Source of the DNA: Azolla caroliniana
Taxonomy: Eukaryota; Plantae; Polypodiophyta
Assembly (NCBI GenBank): GCA_043228905.1
Contig: JBHGNT010000014.1
Location: 7,874,001 to 7,938,000 of the forward strand
Length of the DNA stretch: 64,000 nucleotides
Reading direction: 5' to 3'
Part shown: positions 62,170 to 64,000 of the stretch, piece after piece
Layout of the letters: each line of letters begins with the position of its first letter
Numbering within the stretch: position 1 is the stretch's first letter
Made by a program: the position numbers and the translations under genes
Notes under the pieces: generated by a model
The model's input: the letters and a program-made list of their open reading frames with translations, nothing else
Database searches by the model: none
What the model was told of the DNA's origin: nothing

Positions 62170-64000
62170 AAAGGTTTTGGCCAACCAAAACCGGACCGAC
62201 GACGGAGCTAGTGGCAACCGACATTTGGCAACAGAACCGGGAACTGGGATCCAACGTTCAGCAACGGAACCAGACGGTAACCAACATTCGGTGACCAGAC
62301 GATAACCGACATCCGGCGATCGGACGGGATCCAGGATCCGGCAACCGGCGACCGGCGGCTAGATGGATAAATAAATAAATAAATATTTATACATATACAC
62401 AAGGAGAGAAAGTAAGGATTTGAACCTTGCACCTCCAAGTTGAAAGCCAATAGGCTTACCACTAAGCCAACACATTTTCTTGGAATTATATTTTTATCAT
62501 TGTAAGTTTACATGTAAATTCTCATACATGAGAACTAAAATGAGTGACATGGTTATCATGCACCACATGTAATACATGAGGACCAAATGGCAAACATGCA
62601 TTTTATGCATGTCTTGTACCCTCAAATGCATGGGGGCATCTATAAAAGAGTGAAGGAATCAAGCAAAAGGGGGGATTTTTTATCACTTAAGCTTTGTACT
62701 TTATATCAAAATTAATATTAAGAAGAAAATTCGTTATCCAATTGATGTATTAATCTTGTTCTTCAAATCTAAAATCAAGAGTTCAATCTTAATCTCTCTC
62801 TCAATCTAAAGTCAAGCGTTCTATCTTATTTCAATCTCTCTCTCTTTCAATCTATCTTAATTCCTTTCTCGCTAAAGCTTGTGCAAACTTCGAGTCCTTC
62901 CGATCCAGAACCCTGGCGGTTCCGCCTCACGATCCGCACGTAGTGATGGATCTTCACGACATAATTAAGTGGTGAACTCGACGTGAAAGAGGCGGCAAGA
63001 AGGATCAAATTGAGGATCAACCGATACTTGGAGATGGCATCCTCAAGCAACCAAGCGGGAGAGTTCGAAAGGATGATGCTGATCGTCGAACAAATGATGA
63101 GATCTCGAGACAACATTGTGACCGTGGAGAAGGCTGTTAATCGTGTCGTAGAGCTCGAGGGTCAATTTGACGGAAGGAACATTACGAAGTTCCTTGATGC
63201 ATATAGAAGGGAGATGAATCAGAGGGACGTGTCTGAAGCGCATCAAATCACAAGTTTCAAGAGAGTGGTCGCCAACAACATCCAAAGGCGCGTCATCGAG
63301 CTTCAAGAAGGGAAGACAATGTGGTCGGAGTTCGAGAAAGCGATATTAGCGGAGTTCGCGACGGAAGATTTGTCGAGGATGACTTGACATGCCTTGATGA
63401 AGTGGATAGAAAAGAAGAATAAGAAGATGAGCGCCTCAAGGGTGTACGACAAATTCGACCAAATGTTTCGTCGTCTCCCTGCCACAAAACAAATGCTACT
63501 TGAGGAGGAAAAAACTTTGTACTTCCTAAAGGTTGTGGATATAAAGGATAGACGAGAACTGGGTACTCTCCTCGAAGATGATACCCAAGCAAATGGGCTT
63601 GTGGCGGATTGGGTTGCGGTGAAGCGAGCATGATATAGGCCGACAAGCGTCGTCAGTGGGTTGATGATACCGACTTGGCGGGATCGACTGTTGTGGAGAA
63701 GACAAGACAACCGAAAGTAGTTGAGCCGCCCAAACAAAGCAGCATGGAAGAAAGGAAGATTGATGATGACATCATCAAAGAGCTAGCGAAGAGGTTCGAG
63801 ATGGTCATGCTAGCCAACATGAATCGTTGGGGCCCCAAAGGAAAAGAACCCTTTAGATGTGTGTGGTGTGATAACATGGACCACATGAGAAGTGCTTCTT
63901 TTGTGACCCACCGAAGCACTTTGGGAAAAGACCGATCCTGTTAGATCTCCTCGTCCGCTTGCTGGAAGGTTTCCCGCCTTTGCTGTCTTGCGGCTAGTCT
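62170..64000 (+). mobile_element. tRNA-Trp-primed gypsy, a diverged relative of family A: LTR ending at 62961, PBS, gag
   Basis: LTR end CACGACA. PBS TGGTGAACTCGACGTGAA 62970-87. Gag QFDGRNITKFL..LLEDDTQANGL with stops. LTR start not resolved. Confidence 0.85.
62403..62476 (-). ncRNA. tRNA-like Pol III cassette in LTR, antisense
   Basis: A box TGGCTTAGTGG (62469-59) with paired D-stem GGCTT/AAGCC. CT-TTC-AA loop-like motif. B box GGTTCAAATCC (62426-16) in an AAGG/CCTT T-stem. Confidence 0.65.

Overview
Eukaryotic nuclear DNA from a land plant, probably a non-seed plant such as a fern or lycophyte (inferred from the transposon lineages only). There is one host gene, a multi-exon type I DnaJ (GFA2-like, ~2.66-10.83 kb, +). 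The rest is transposons whose boundaries can mostly be resolved to the base using termini and target-site duplications (TSDs). These are an RTE/RTEX-like LINE, an L1 LINE interrupted by a very young CCGG-rich Ty1/copia, and a five-level nest: old copia > tRNA-Trp-primed gypsy > self-priming Tcn1-like chromovirus > 11.9-kb Sola2-like DNA transposon > deleted gypsy. Main signals: (1) antisense tRNA-like Pol III cassettes (A/B boxes at tRNA spacing) in the U3 of six LTRs from two distant gypsy lineages; (2) a large Sola2-like transposon carrying RING-H2 and NIF/FCP1-phosphatase-like cargo, with introns built from the TAGCTAATTAGCTA palindrome found next to its TIRs; (3) a 71-bp micro-LTR made only of the two LTR tips, with its own TSD; (4) a G|ACGY target with a 4-bp TSD in all three resolvable insertions of that gypsy family. 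Family assignments come from motif recognition by eye; no searches were run.
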